Assembly: GCA_964342815.1 (NCBI GenBank)
Contig: CAYFHS010000005.1
Location: 32,001 to 96,000, forward strand
Direction of reading: 5' to 3'
Origin: an uncultured archaeon
GTDB lineage: Archaea; Thermoplasmatota; Penumbrarchaeia; JASLWR01
Length of the DNA stretch: 64,000 bases
The notes under the pieces were generated by a model. It was not told the DNA's origin and did not search any database. It worked only from the letters and a program-made list of their open reading frames with translations. Both the position numbers and the translations under genes were made by a program. This document shows, one piece after another, positions 50,716 through 60,190 of the stretch (position 1 is the stretch's first letter; each line of letters starts with the position of its first letter).

Positions 50716-52080
50716 ATTAACATTATCGATCTCAACAACCTCCTCGTTCCCCTTCCTGAACTTATCCATCTCTTTCTTGCTCCCCAGCACCCGAAATTTT
50801 TTCCCTTCAACATCCTCCACTTTGGTCTCTTCGACCAATAAAACCTCGAAGTTAGAATAAAAAAAACTCTCAAGGGACTTATTGAATGCGATATTTTTTA
50901 TCAATATCTCGAATTCATGGTAGTCAGGGAGATTATTCCTTATCATTTCTATCAAATGATCCAGGTTCTCCCTGGTACGCGCGGAAACACATACCAGATC
51001 ATTAGCAAGTACACCCGCCTCTCCCAGACCTTCTATTATACTCTCCGCCTTCGCTTCGTATTCATCATCAGGGAGAATATCTATCTTGTTGAAGACCGTA
51101 AGTATCCTGACGTTCATCCCCTCGTGGTTCATTATCCTGTAAGCCGTGGCCATCTTCCGTATGATCTCGTGCACCTCATCCGAGATGTCAACGACAAGGA
51201 CGATGAGGTCCGCATCGAAGATCTCTTCCAGAGTTGAGCGGAAGGCCTTGACGAGATATGGTGGAAGGAACTGTATGAAACCTATGGTATCCGTCATCAG
51301 AACCGGTAGGTTCTTTGCGTCTATTCTCCGGGTCCGGGTGGAAAGGGTCGTGAAAAATTTATTTTCGACAACACAGTTTTCACCGGCAAGGGCGTTCAGA
51401 AGCGAGGTCTTTCCGGCGTTGGTGTAACCTGCAAGGCTGGCAAAGAAACGGCCGTCGCTTCTCTTGTTCTTCCTCCGATTTCGTCGGGTTTTCTTTATCT
51501 TATCGAGAATTCTCTCTATCTTCACACAGCGGTTATTGATACTGTCCAGGTACTGCGATACCTGGTACTCTCCTCCCGCTAATAATCCCGCATGCTCGCC
51601 GGTCTTCGATTGATGTATCCATTCGCGTACCAGCGGAATTTCATACTTCAGGGTGGCAAGCTCCACCTGCAGCTTAGCTTCCTGTGAACGGGCGTTTCTG
51701 ACGAATATCTCCAGGATCACCCTGACGCGATCGAAGACGTCCATCTCGAGCATGTCCTGTATCTTGAAAATTTGGATGGGATCTAGGTTATGATCCACCA
51801 CTACTAAGTTCACAGGATTCTTATGAATGAATTCCTTTATTTCGAGAATCTTGCCCTTGCCCATGAAAAGCTGCGGATTCCGCTTGGATGAATTCTGGTA
51901 AAAGGTATTGACAATAGTGTAGCCGAGAGTGTCCAGAAGATCCATGAGCTCGCGGTATAGCACCGATCCCGCGCGGTTCTGTGTGGCAACCACAACACTC
52001 AGTTTTTCCTGTACCTCGAACGGTTTTACCGGTGTGTATAACCTGATACAAATCCCCGCCGGTTCATTTTTTCCTGGCAC
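50710..52080 (-). CDS. hflX: GTPase HflX
   Basis: IF..NA.S.EAKLQVELA.L.Y, GYTNAGKTSL.NAL, FTTLST, DTIGFI and NKID. Confidence 0.93.
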   Translation of the reverse strand: MPGKNEPAGICIRLYTPVKPFEVQEKLSVVVATQNRAGSVLYRELMDLLDTLGYTIVNTFYQNSSKRNPQLFMGKGKILEIKEFIHKNPVNLVVVDHNLDPIQIFKIQDMLEMDVFDRVRVILEIFVRNARSQEAKLQVELATLKYEIPLVREWIHQSKTGEHAGLLAGGEYQVSQYLDSINNRCVKIERILDKIKKTRRNRRKNKRSDGRFFASLAGYTNAGKTSLLNALAGENCVVENKFFTTLSTRTRRIDAKNLPVLMTDTIGFIQFLPPYLVKAFRSTLEEIFDADLIVLVVDISDEVHEIIRKMATAYRIMNHEGMNVRILTVFNKIDILPDDEYEAKAESIIEGLGEAGVLANDLVCVSARTRENLDHLIEMIRNNLPDYHEFEILIKNIAFNKSLESFFYSNFEVLLVEETKVEDVEGKKFRVLGSKKEMDKFRKGNEEVVEIDNVNL

Positions 52081-52783
52081 GTTTCTCTTCTTCGCGCTGG
52101 TATTTCGGTTTTCTCGCTAAACCCAGTCTCTTTTTAAATAGAAAAATCTCATTTTTTACCCCGTCGCCCCAGGTGTTCAGTTTGATGTCCCCGATCCGAA
52201 TTCTGTATTCAACCGGGATCTCTTTGCTTTTTATCTTCTTGTTCCTGAAAGCCTCTATCTTTATCTCTTCCGAAAGAGGCATTCCGTCAGAGGTCAGATT
52301 TAGTTTTTTGAGAATTTCCTTACGGAAACACCACATGCCGGATTGTGAATCCTTCAAACGCTTCAGAAAGAGGACGTTGGTGGTAAATTTCAGCATCCAA
52401 TTGCCCATGCGGTGGGTGAAGTTCATTGCCTTCTTGTCCAGCTTGGACAATCGGTCGCAGGTGATGAAATCAAGTTTTTCCTCTTCAAGCATCTTGACGA
52501 GGTCCGGGATGATCTCAGCCGGATAGGTTGTATCCCCGTCGAGAGTTACGATGATATCCCCCTTGGCTTTCGCAAAACCCGTTTTGTAGGCCCGCCCGTA
52601 TCCCCTCCTTTTTTCCATAATCACCCGCGCCCCTTTGTTCTTTGCGATCTCCACCGTTTTATCCTTTGATAATCCGTCAATGATTACTATCTCCAGGTCC
52701 GCAAAGTCCTTTGGGATCTGGTCCATCGTCTCCCCAATTGATTTTTCCTCATTGAGAGTCGGAATTAATACTGAAACCTTCAT
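52064..52783 (-). CDS. GT2 glycosyltransferase (dolichol-phosphate mannosyltransferase-like)
   Basis: LIPTLNEE, IDGLSKD, GYGRA, DGDTTYP and DSQSG. Confidence 0.9.
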   Translation of the reverse strand: MKVSVLIPTLNEEKSIGETMDQIPKDFADLEIVIIDGLSKDKTVEIAKNKGARVIMEKRRGYGRAYKTGFAKAKGDIIVTLDGDTTYPAEIIPDLVKMLEEEKLDFITCDRLSKLDKKAMNFTHRMGNWMLKFTTNVLFLKRLKDSQSGMWCFRKEILKKLNLTSDGMPLSEEIKIEAFRNKKIKSKEIPVEYRIRIGDIKLNTWGDGVKNEIFLFKKRLGLARKPKYQREEEKRARKK

Positions 52784-52891
52784 TCAAACACCCGTTTTAC
52801 AAGAATTGAGATTTTATATTTATAGCTGTCTGTTATTTATCCCCAGCCAACCGCAGATACCTTGCATTGGCTCGGGAAAATCCGTAAGATG

Positions 52892-53275
52892 TCACGATTG
52901 AACGAACTTGACATACTCCAGTTTATCGTCTCGTTGAAATCTGCTCAGAAGTTCTTTTACCTCTTCCCCTTTGCCCTGAACGATAAATACCTCGAGGCAT
53001 TTATTATTGCTGAGATGAGAGTGGATCTGGGTGGAGATGAGTTCTTGATATGAGTGTCTTGTATCATCAAGGCTGGGGGCATTGTGGGAATCGTGAACCA
53101 CAATGAGAACTCCTTCTACTTTTCCCGCAAGTGATTTACGGCCCCTGGCCTCCGTCTCTGCTGAACGCAGGCAGACACGGACTGCTTCACTTCGTCCGGC
53201 AAGCCCAAGAGAACTCTGAATGTTGTCCAGTACTTTTATGTTCTTATCAGTTAGGGAAATGCTGATGATAGGCAT
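52892..53275 (-). CDS. nikR: Nickel-responsive regulator NikR family (RHH + ACT-like)
   Basis: ISISL..RSEAVR RHH domain; H..IHSH..KCLE retains the His/His/His/Cys ligand pattern. Confidence 0.85.
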   Translation of the reverse strand: MPIISISLTDKNIKVLDNIQSSLGLAGRSEAVRVCLRSAETEARGRKSLAGKVEGVLIVVHDSHNAPSLDDTRHSYQELISTQIHSHLSNNKCLEVFIVQGKGEEVKELLSRFQRDDKLEYVKFVQS

Positions 53276-53417
53276 GCCCGGGAGAACACTTCACATGATA
53301 TTTATTTTTATTTATTTTATGAATTTTCCTAGCTCAACCTATGGCGAACTTATTATAAAACTAACTCATAATTATGATATATTTATTAAGAAATCAATAA
53401 ATAGTTAATAAGCCATA

Positions 53418-54458
53418 ATGTTTTCCGGAGTTGATTTTATAGAGAACAGTGCTCGTCCGCCAGAGGGGGAAAAAATTGGGCGGTCCCGGCGCATCATGCA
53501 TGAGCTGAAACATCACATCCCATATACGGTTTTCAGTGTTGCATTGGGGATCATCATAGTTTCCCTAATCACGGTATTTCTCATGAATATCGTCACGGAT
53601 CTACCCTCTCATGACTACGATCTGGAAAATGATATTCACCGCGTTATAGAACGGATGGAAAATGGCGATATAAATTCCAGCAGAGCTCTCCGTGAGATCC
53701 GGATATTTGTCAATAACCGATTTACTGCTGATGAGCAGGAAGAAACTGATACGCTTGTTGAAAAGATCCAAAGTGTTTTAAAGCAATATGAGAACGGAAA
53801 TAAAAATAATACTGCTTCCACAAAAGCTGTGGATGAGATCGAGAAACTGCTTGCCCACCGTTCATCAGCTCTAAAGGAACATGACAATAATGATGATCAT
53901 GAAGGGATTCCAGGGGTCTTCAGTGACATCTTCCACGTTTTCCATCCAATCCACGTTCTTTTCTCGGCCACCGCCACCACGGCAATGTTCCGCCGATATG
54001 ACAAGAATATCTACAAAGCGGCCATAGTTGGTGCCGCGGGAGCACTTGGAGTATGTGCAATTAGTGATATATTTTTCCCCTATATTGGGGGTCTGGTCTC
54101 AGGTGTAGAAATGGAACTTCATGTTTGTCTCGTCGAAAACCCCATGTCAATAATTCCTTTCACCGTTTTTGGTATCATCGTCGGCCTCTTTGCAGCAGAT
54201 GTATTTTCGGAGAGAAAATCCACGATTTTCTCCCATTCCGGACATATTTTCATAAGCACAATGGCGTCCTTGTTGTACCTGACGGCGTATGGATTCAGTG
54301 ATTGGATGCAAAATATGTTTGCCGTCTTTCTCATCCTGATCCTGGCGGTATTCATCCCCTGCTGCATATCCGATATCATTTTTCCGTTACTGTTTGTGAA
54401 CCCGGAAAACGCCCCCGGCTGCGCGTGTTCTCCGAAAAAAGTACATCCGCATAGATAA
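53418..54458 (+). CDS. Uncharacterised His-rich polytopic membrane protein, putative metal transporter
   Basis: HELKHH, FHVFHPIH, HSGH and PCCISD in or near TM segments; divergent from nikR; the start may be ATG 53496. Confidence 0.7.
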   Translation: MFSGVDFIENSARPPEGEKIGRSRRIMHELKHHIPYTVFSVALGIIIVSLITVFLMNIVTDLPSHDYDLENDIHRVIERMENGDINSSRALREIRIFVNNRFTADEQEETDTLVEKIQSVLKQYENGNKNNTASTKAVDEIEKLLAHRSSALKEHDNNDDHEGIPGVFSDIFHVFHPIHVLFSATATTAMFRRYDKNIYKAAIVGAAGALGVCAISDIFFPYIGGLVSGVEMELHVCLVENPMSIIPFTVFGIIVGLFAADVFSERKSTIFSHSGHIFISTMASLLYLTAYGFSDWMQNMFAVFLILILAVFIPCCISDIIFPLLFVNPENAPGCACSPKKVHPHR

Positions 54459-54635
54459 TAACGACACCTAATAGACCAAAGATACCCCGTGTATTCCGGG
54501 CCTTGTGACACTTGTTTCCAGGTACCAGTGACATGTATGATTATTGATCTGTACAGGCTGAACGATAGCAGAAATAATGAGAAATTCGGGTAAATCTATT
54601 AATATAGAAAAATAATACGCCATACTCCAATCGAT

Positions 54636-54708
54636 GCCGTTGTAGCTCAGTTGGGAGAGCGTCGGACTGAAGATCCGAAGGCCGCGTGTTCAAGTCACGC
54701 CAACGGCA
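54636..54708 (+). tRNA. tRNA-Phe(GAA)
   Basis: GCCGTTG/CAACGGC acceptor stem; TCGGA-CT GAA GA-TCCGA; GCGTG-TTCAAGT-CACGC. Confidence 0.97.
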
Positions 54709-54822
54709 CTTTTCTTCTACTATTACACTGGGATTTTGGGAATCTTTATTTATAATTTGGCGATATTATCCGCTGAAAAGTAGTTTAATTATTTGTAAAA
54801 TAATTCTCGGACAGGTGATCAA

Positions 54823-56268
54823 ATGGATGATAAGGGGGATATTTCAGACAGAATGGAGATCGAATTAAATAAAGAAAATTTCAGCGAATGGTATAATGAC
54901 GTTATTAAATTTGCAGGACTTTGCGATAAAAGATATCCAATTAAAGGAATGAACGTGTGGACTCCCTACGGGTGGAAGATAATGCGCCTCATAGATTCTC
55001 ACATACGCGACGAGCTGGACGGCACCGGACACGGCGAAGTGAATTTCCCCCTTCTTATACCTAACAGCGAATTCCAGAAGGAAGCGGATCACATCAAGGG
55101 ATTCGATTCACAGGTTTATTGGGTTACCCGGGGCGGTCTAAATGAGCTGGACGTACCCATGGTCCTTCGTCCCACCTCCGAAACGGCTATGTATCCCATG
55201 TTCTCGCTCTGGGTCCGATCACATACCGACCTTCCCCTCAAGACATATCAGATAGTGAATACTTTCCGGTATGAAACAAAACAGACACGAGCCTTCATAA
55301 GAGTAAGAGAAATACATTTCTTCGAGGCACATACCTGCCACGCTGATTTCGAGGACGCCGAGCGCCAGATAAAGGAGGACCTGGAGATAATGGATCGCTT
55401 GGCTGAAAGGTTGTGTATACCGTACCTGAGGCGGAAACGGCCCGAGTGGGACAAGTTCGCAGGCGCGGATTACACCATCGGAATAGACTGTTTCATGCCG
55501 GAATCCAAAACACTCCAGCTGGGCTCCATTCACCAGTACCGTACGAATTTCTCCGTCCCGTATGATATCAAATATGAGACTCCGGAAGGCGACCACAAGA
55601 ACGTTTACCAGACAACGTATGGGATGAGCGAGAGATTGGTAGGGGCTATAGTAGGGATACACGGTGACAACAAGGGTCTCATTATCCCCCCCGATGTTGC
55701 ACCTTTCCAGGTGGTCATAGTACCGATCCTGATGAAGAAACGAAAGGATGACATTTTGGAAAAGGCGGAGTGGATACGGGACGTATTGATAAAGGCTGGC
55801 TTTAGGGTTCAAATGGACGACAGAGACATCCGACCCGGTAACAAATTTTATCACTGGGAACTGAAGGGCGTTCCGCTCCGTATAGAGGTGGGTCCCAGGG
55901 ATGTGGATTCAGGCCATGCGGTAGTGGTCAGGCGTACCGATCGTGCAAAACGAACGGTAAAATTCGAAGACCTTGTTAATGGCGTGGGGCAAGAACTCGA
56001 TGAAGTGAAAAAGCAGCTTTATTCAAGGGCAAAGGAACTTATGGATTCCAATACTCATAATGTTACCTTCGCAGACGAAGCATATAACGTTGGTCGGGGT
56101 CTCATAAACGTCGGTTGGTGCGGGAACGAAGACTGTTCAACGGAGATGGAGACCACTCTCGATATGAGTATGCTGGGGATCGATACAACTGCAGAAAACT
56201 ATGAGGGAAAATGCGGACAGTGCGGAGCGCCCACCAAAGTTCTTGTAACCTACGCAAAAACTTATTGA
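54823..56268 (+). CDS. proS: Prolyl-tRNA synthetase, archaeal/eukaryotic type
   Basis: LRPTSET, FIRVREIHFFEAHT, YGMSER, KGVPLRIEVG, C-terminal Zn site and AKTY end. Confidence 0.97.
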   Translation: MDDKGDISDRMEIELNKENFSEWYNDVIKFAGLCDKRYPIKGMNVWTPYGWKIMRLIDSHIRDELDGTGHGEVNFPLLIPNSEFQKEADHIKGFDSQVYWVTRGGLNELDVPMVLRPTSETAMYPMFSLWVRSHTDLPLKTYQIVNTFRYETKQTRAFIRVREIHFFEAHTCHADFEDAERQIKEDLEIMDRLAERLCIPYLRRKRPEWDKFAGADYTIGIDCFMPESKTLQLGSIHQYRTNFSVPYDIKYETPEGDHKNVYQTTYGMSERLVGAIVGIHGDNKGLIIPPDVAPFQVVIVPILMKKRKDDILEKAEWIRDVLIKAGFRVQMDDRDIRPGNKFYHWELKGVPLRIEVGPRDVDSGHAVVVRRTDRAKRTVKFEDLVNGVGQELDEVKKQLYSRAKELMDSNTHNVTFADEAYNVGRGLINVGWCGNEDCSTEMETTLDMSMLGIDTTAENYEGKCGQCGAPTKVLVTYAKTY

Positions 56269-56292
56269 TCCTATTCAGCGATAATTTAAAAG

Positions 56293-59200
56293 GTGTGGAA
56301 AATGCTTTTCCATGGAACGAATCGTTCAGGAATTTCATTGGTAGTTATACTTTTACTTTCTATTATTGTAGTATGTCTTCCGCTGACGAGCGGAGGGTAT
56401 GTGTGGGAAGAAGAGGAACTGGGCGCTCTCAAATACGATCACAAATATCCCTTTGTGGTGTTGAGGGAAAATGCGATTATCTATTCCTCCAAAGAGGACG
56501 GGGGAGATCATTTCGATATATGGAGAATGGCGCTGGACGGAAGCGATCACCGCCAGCTAACCGATAATGACATTGACGAGATAAAACCCACCTCCGATGA
56601 TGACGGACGAAAAATAGTTTTCACGGGGGAAAACAATATTTACATTATGGATTTCGACGGAAGCGATCAGGAGAATATTGTCGATGACGTGCCGGAGGAA
56701 TTCACCTTGACGGATGCCAGTATATCTGCAGATCGAACTTGGGTGATCTTTTCCTCCAATATGGACAACGATACTGACAAGAACTGGGGGGACTATGGTT
56801 ATTTCACCAGCATCTCAATGGATATCTGGAAGTGCGAGATCGACGGTGACAATGCGGAACAGCTGACGGATCATAACTGGGATGAATACTCGCCGTCACT
56901 CTCCCCAGACGGGGAAAAAATTGTATTCGTCGCCGAGGAAAGTGCCGGGGACGAGGATATTCATATTATGGATAGTGAAGGCGATAATTGGGAACGCCTG
57001 GTCACGTGGCAGAACAAGGACGATTCTTATCCGTCTTTTTCATCAAGCGGCCGTTTTATTATCTACGGCGACGGCAACAACGACGACAAAAAAGCAGTAA
57101 TGTATGATCTGGACACGGGGAAGTCGAATTATATAAGTGCCGAGACCGTTGACGAGAGAGGCGAATATGTAGAGGAGAATGTCAAAGGAAGGTATATGCG
57201 TTTCTACCCTCCCACAGATAATATCAATGAAATGAAGGTAATTTATTCTGCCACTTCGGGTGCATTTTATCCGAAACTTAGCATATGGATATCGGAAAAG
57301 GTAAGGTTCTCCTATAACGTCAATATCGGGCCCATCGAGAGGGAATCGGGTAGCTACGATCACGATCCCATGGAAGGAGCCTCTGTGGCTTTTACTTTTG
57401 AACAGGTTTATTACGAGAACCTTACGGACGAAAACGGCTGGGCAAGTTTTACACTCCCCGTTGGAAAACTTCCCGGTGTCGAAATAAACGCCTCTGTGGG
57501 TGATGAGTGGATAACCTGGAATTCCAACTATAATCCCCCCGAATTTTCAAATGATCTCGTGGAAATCGGACCCGTAAAGCTCCATACCGAGGAGACGGAA
57601 TACTGGGGCCTTCCGCTTCAAGGAGTATTAGTGAGTTTCGCGTACAAGGAGATTACATACGAGGACACAACCGATGAAGAGGGTAAGGCACATTTCAGAC
57701 TCGTAATAAATGGGAAACGTGTGGATTGGCTTCCCTCCGGTACCATAATAAGTGCAACGTGGGATGGTGAAACACAGACGTGGGAGGACGGGGATGATGA
57801 AGCCGAATTTCATCGGTATATGATCGAGCTGGGCCCCATAGTGTTGAAAACGGATTCGTCCAGTTATTATGGTGACCGGGTACAGGGAGCTGCGATAAGT
57901 TTTTCGTTTGAAGGGGATGATTACGAAAATATCACCGATGAAGACGGATATGCCCATTTTGGGCCGTTTGGGATCGAAGAACTTCCGGCCGGAACCCTTA
58001 TTAACGTAAGCTACAAGGAGGAATGGATCAGCTGGGAGCAGGGCGATTATTCTATCCCGAATTTCGCGAGCTACACTGTAAGTATAGGGCCAATAAATCG
58101 CCTTACAGATGAATGGGACTACTCCGGTACCGCTGTGAAGGGTGCTGTTGTAAGTTTCGAATACAAAGGAAAGCGTTACAAGAACATCACAGATGACGAA
58201 GGTAAGGCTCATTTTACTCTGGATGTGAAAAAGCTTCCTGCAGGGATCGAAATAAAGGCCGAGAAAGGTGGAGATGAAATATCCTGGGAGCAGGATCAAT
58301 CGATACCAAAATTCCAGTACGAGCCCACGGCATCGGATTGGATCATGGACTACCTTGGTCTTTTGATCGTTGGCGGATTTTTCCTTCTTATAGTAATTAT
58401 TAGTATCATCCAGAGGTTGGTGGTGAAAAAGACCAGGAATCGCGGGAAACAGCAGTTCGGTATGCAAAAACCGCAGCCAATGTCGGAAGGCGCATTTGAT
58501 ATTGGAAAGAGCTCGGCGGCCAAGGGAAATGACCTGTTCAACCGAAAGAAGTTTCCGGAAGCTCTTGGACAGTACCAGATGGCATTGAGCAAGCTCGATC
58601 TGGCGCAGACCTGGGCGAAAAAGGAGAAGGATCAGGTATTGATCGGCACCATCGAAGATATGCTTTCCAGCGTGCGTAATAATATTGTTTCCTGTGAACT
58701 GGCCGTGGATAAGAGAACAGTGGAAGAGGGTTACCGGGATGCCGAAAGGAGATTCGACTCAGCATTGAAATCCATCAGGGACGATAAACTCTTCGAGGGA
58801 CGGAGGACCCTGATGGAATTATCCCGTAAACTGGAACACCTCATAACAATAGCAAAGAGCAGGAATTTCGTCCAGGCCATCAAGAACATCACAACCTTTC
58901 TGGTTAAGGTGCGGGAAAACATAAACATCGCAGATATGAAGATGAGCCAGGGGGTGGATGCAGTCAGTTTCGGCGGTGTCCCTGAAATCGGATCTGCAGG
59001 GGTCATGGCACTGGACGTTGCGATATCTGGAACAACCAAGCACCAGGGAGGTTACGTTGTTGAATCGCTCACCATGAAGAACAACACCATGTTCGACGTA
59101 AGCTCGGCAGAGCTTAAGATATCCTTCGATTCCAATATTCTGCGCCTGTCCCACACCTACCCGCCCCTGCCATTCTCGGAGAAGGAGGTATCCGTGGGCA

Positions 59201-60036
59201 TGCTTGCCAAGGGCGAGGAAAAAAAGATTGGCCTGTATTTCGATCCTCTGGTCTCCACCTCCACATATCTTGACCTGTCCCTCATTTACGCTGATTCCCG
59301 GGGAAGCTACAAGAGCGTATCAATGGGCCGAAAGAAGATTGATATCCAATCCCCCGATTTCGTTCGTGACGACAACATAAACATAGCGACTCTGCGGGAA
59401 ATTATGGTGTCCAATGCTAGATATCAGGACTCGAAAGTTTACGGTATCGATCCAAAGGTGCCTCTAAAGGACGTTCTGACCCTGGCCAAGGAGGGTATTT
59501 CAGAAGCCAACATTTCCAAGGTGAGGGATACTGCCAGCCATGACATGGAATCCTCGTGGTTCTATGCCACAGCCGGTAGCGGTGAAAGCATAGTGATCAG
59601 GGCCTCTGTGATCTCTAGCAGACGGGTTCTGGAGATATTTTGCGCTTGTACCAAGCGTGAGCATCTTACCACGGTTCTTGCCGACATCTCCCAGAGAGTA
59701 ATGGCTAAACTTAACGAAAGATGGCGTCAGCTGCAGCCGGTAACACAGGTGAACGTTGAGATAAAGGATTCCATCATCCAAAGATCTAACTTGGACTTTG
59801 GAGGGATGGGTGGGAAAGGAACGGGAGGAATAAAAATATCGGATTCGGTTGTCACGCGTTCTACCGTCGGGTCCGGCAGCGAGGGGAATATTAGCGTTTA
59901 TCGTAATCTTTTGATAATTGCACTGCAGGACGGGTATATCAACGAGAATGAAGAGAGAATGCTGGCGGACTCACGGAAAAAGCTTGGAATCTCGATTGAT
60001 CAGCATCAGAGCTTGCTAATGGCATTGAACAGGTGA
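56293..60036 (+). CDS. Single-pass membrane protein: TolB/PD40-like propeller + four ~85-aa beta repeats, TM, TPR-like helices, adaptin-appendage-like region, C-terminal helical module
   Basis: PSLSPDGEKIVF-type repeats; 4x IGP..GA.VSF.Y..TDE.G.A.F..LP.G; TM LGLLIVGGFFLLIVIISII. Confidence 0.8.
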   Translation: MWKMLFHGTNRSGISLVVILLLSIIVVCLPLTSGGYVWEEEELGALKYDHKYPFVVLRENAIIYSSKEDGGDHFDIWRMALDGSDHRQLTDNDIDEIKPTSDDDGRKIVFTGENNIYIMDFDGSDQENIVDDVPEEFTLTDASISADRTWVIFSSNMDNDTDKNWGDYGYFTSISMDIWKCEIDGDNAEQLTDHNWDEYSPSLSPDGEKIVFVAEESAGDEDIHIMDSEGDNWERLVTWQNKDDSYPSFSSSGRFIIYGDGNNDDKKAVMYDLDTGKSNYISAETVDERGEYVEENVKGRYMRFYPPTDNINEMKVIYSATSGAFYPKLSIWISEKVRFSYNVNIGPIERESGSYDHDPMEGASVAFTFEQVYYENLTDENGWASFTLPVGKLPGVEINASVGDEWITWNSNYNPPEFSNDLVEIGPVKLHTEETEYWGLPLQGVLVSFAYKEITYEDTTDEEGKAHFRLVINGKRVDWLPSGTIISATWDGETQTWEDGDDEAEFHRYMIELGPIVLKTDSSSYYGDRVQGAAISFSFEGDDYENITDEDGYAHFGPFGIEELPAGTLINVSYKEEWISWEQGDYSIPNFASYTVSIGPINRLTDEWDYSGTAVKGAVVSFEYKGKRYKNITDDEGKAHFTLDVKKLPAGIEIKAEKGGDEISWEQDQSIPKFQYEPTASDWIMDYLGLLIVGGFFLLIVIISIIQRLVVKKTRNRGKQQFGMQKPQPMSEGAFDIGKSSAAKGNDLFNRKKFPEALGQYQMALSKLDLAQTWAKKEKDQVLIGTIEDMLSSVRNNIVSCELAVDKRTVEEGYRDAERRFDSALKSIRDDKLFEGRRTLMELSRKLEHLITIAKSRNFVQAIKNITTFLVKVRENINIADMKMSQGVDAVSFGGVPEIGSAGVMALDVAISGTTKHQGGYVVESLTMKNNTMFDVSSAELKISFDSNILRLSHTYPPLPFSEKEVSVGMLAKGEEKKIGLYFDPLVSTSTYLDLSLIYADSRGSYKSVSMGRKKIDIQSPDFVRDDNINIATLREIMVSNARYQDSKVYGIDPKVPLKDVLTLAKEGISEANISKVRDTASHDMESSWFYATAGSGESIVIRASVISSRRVLEIFCACTKREHLTTVLADISQRVMAKLNERWRQLQPVTQVNVEIKDSIIQRSNLDFGGMGGKGTGGIKISDSVVTRSTVGSGSEGNISVYRNLLIIALQDGYINENEERMLADSRKKLGISIDQHQSLLMALNR

Positions 60037-60053
60037 TCTTGCCTATCCGTTTT

Positions 60054-60190
60054 CACGTAATGTCAGGAACATTTAGACTGACTTCTTGGTAAAGTTGAGC
60101 CAGAATGGATCGGCTTTACACGTAAAGTCAGGAACATTTGGACTGACTTCTTGGTAAAGACGTGCCAGAATGGGACGGCTTTACACGTAA
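60054..60190. repeat. 65-bp tandem repeat (2 full copies + start of a third) at the 3' end of thiL
   Basis: cacgtaa at 60054, 60119 and 60184; units share gtcaggaacattt(a/g)gactgacttcttggtaaag. Confidence 0.85.
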
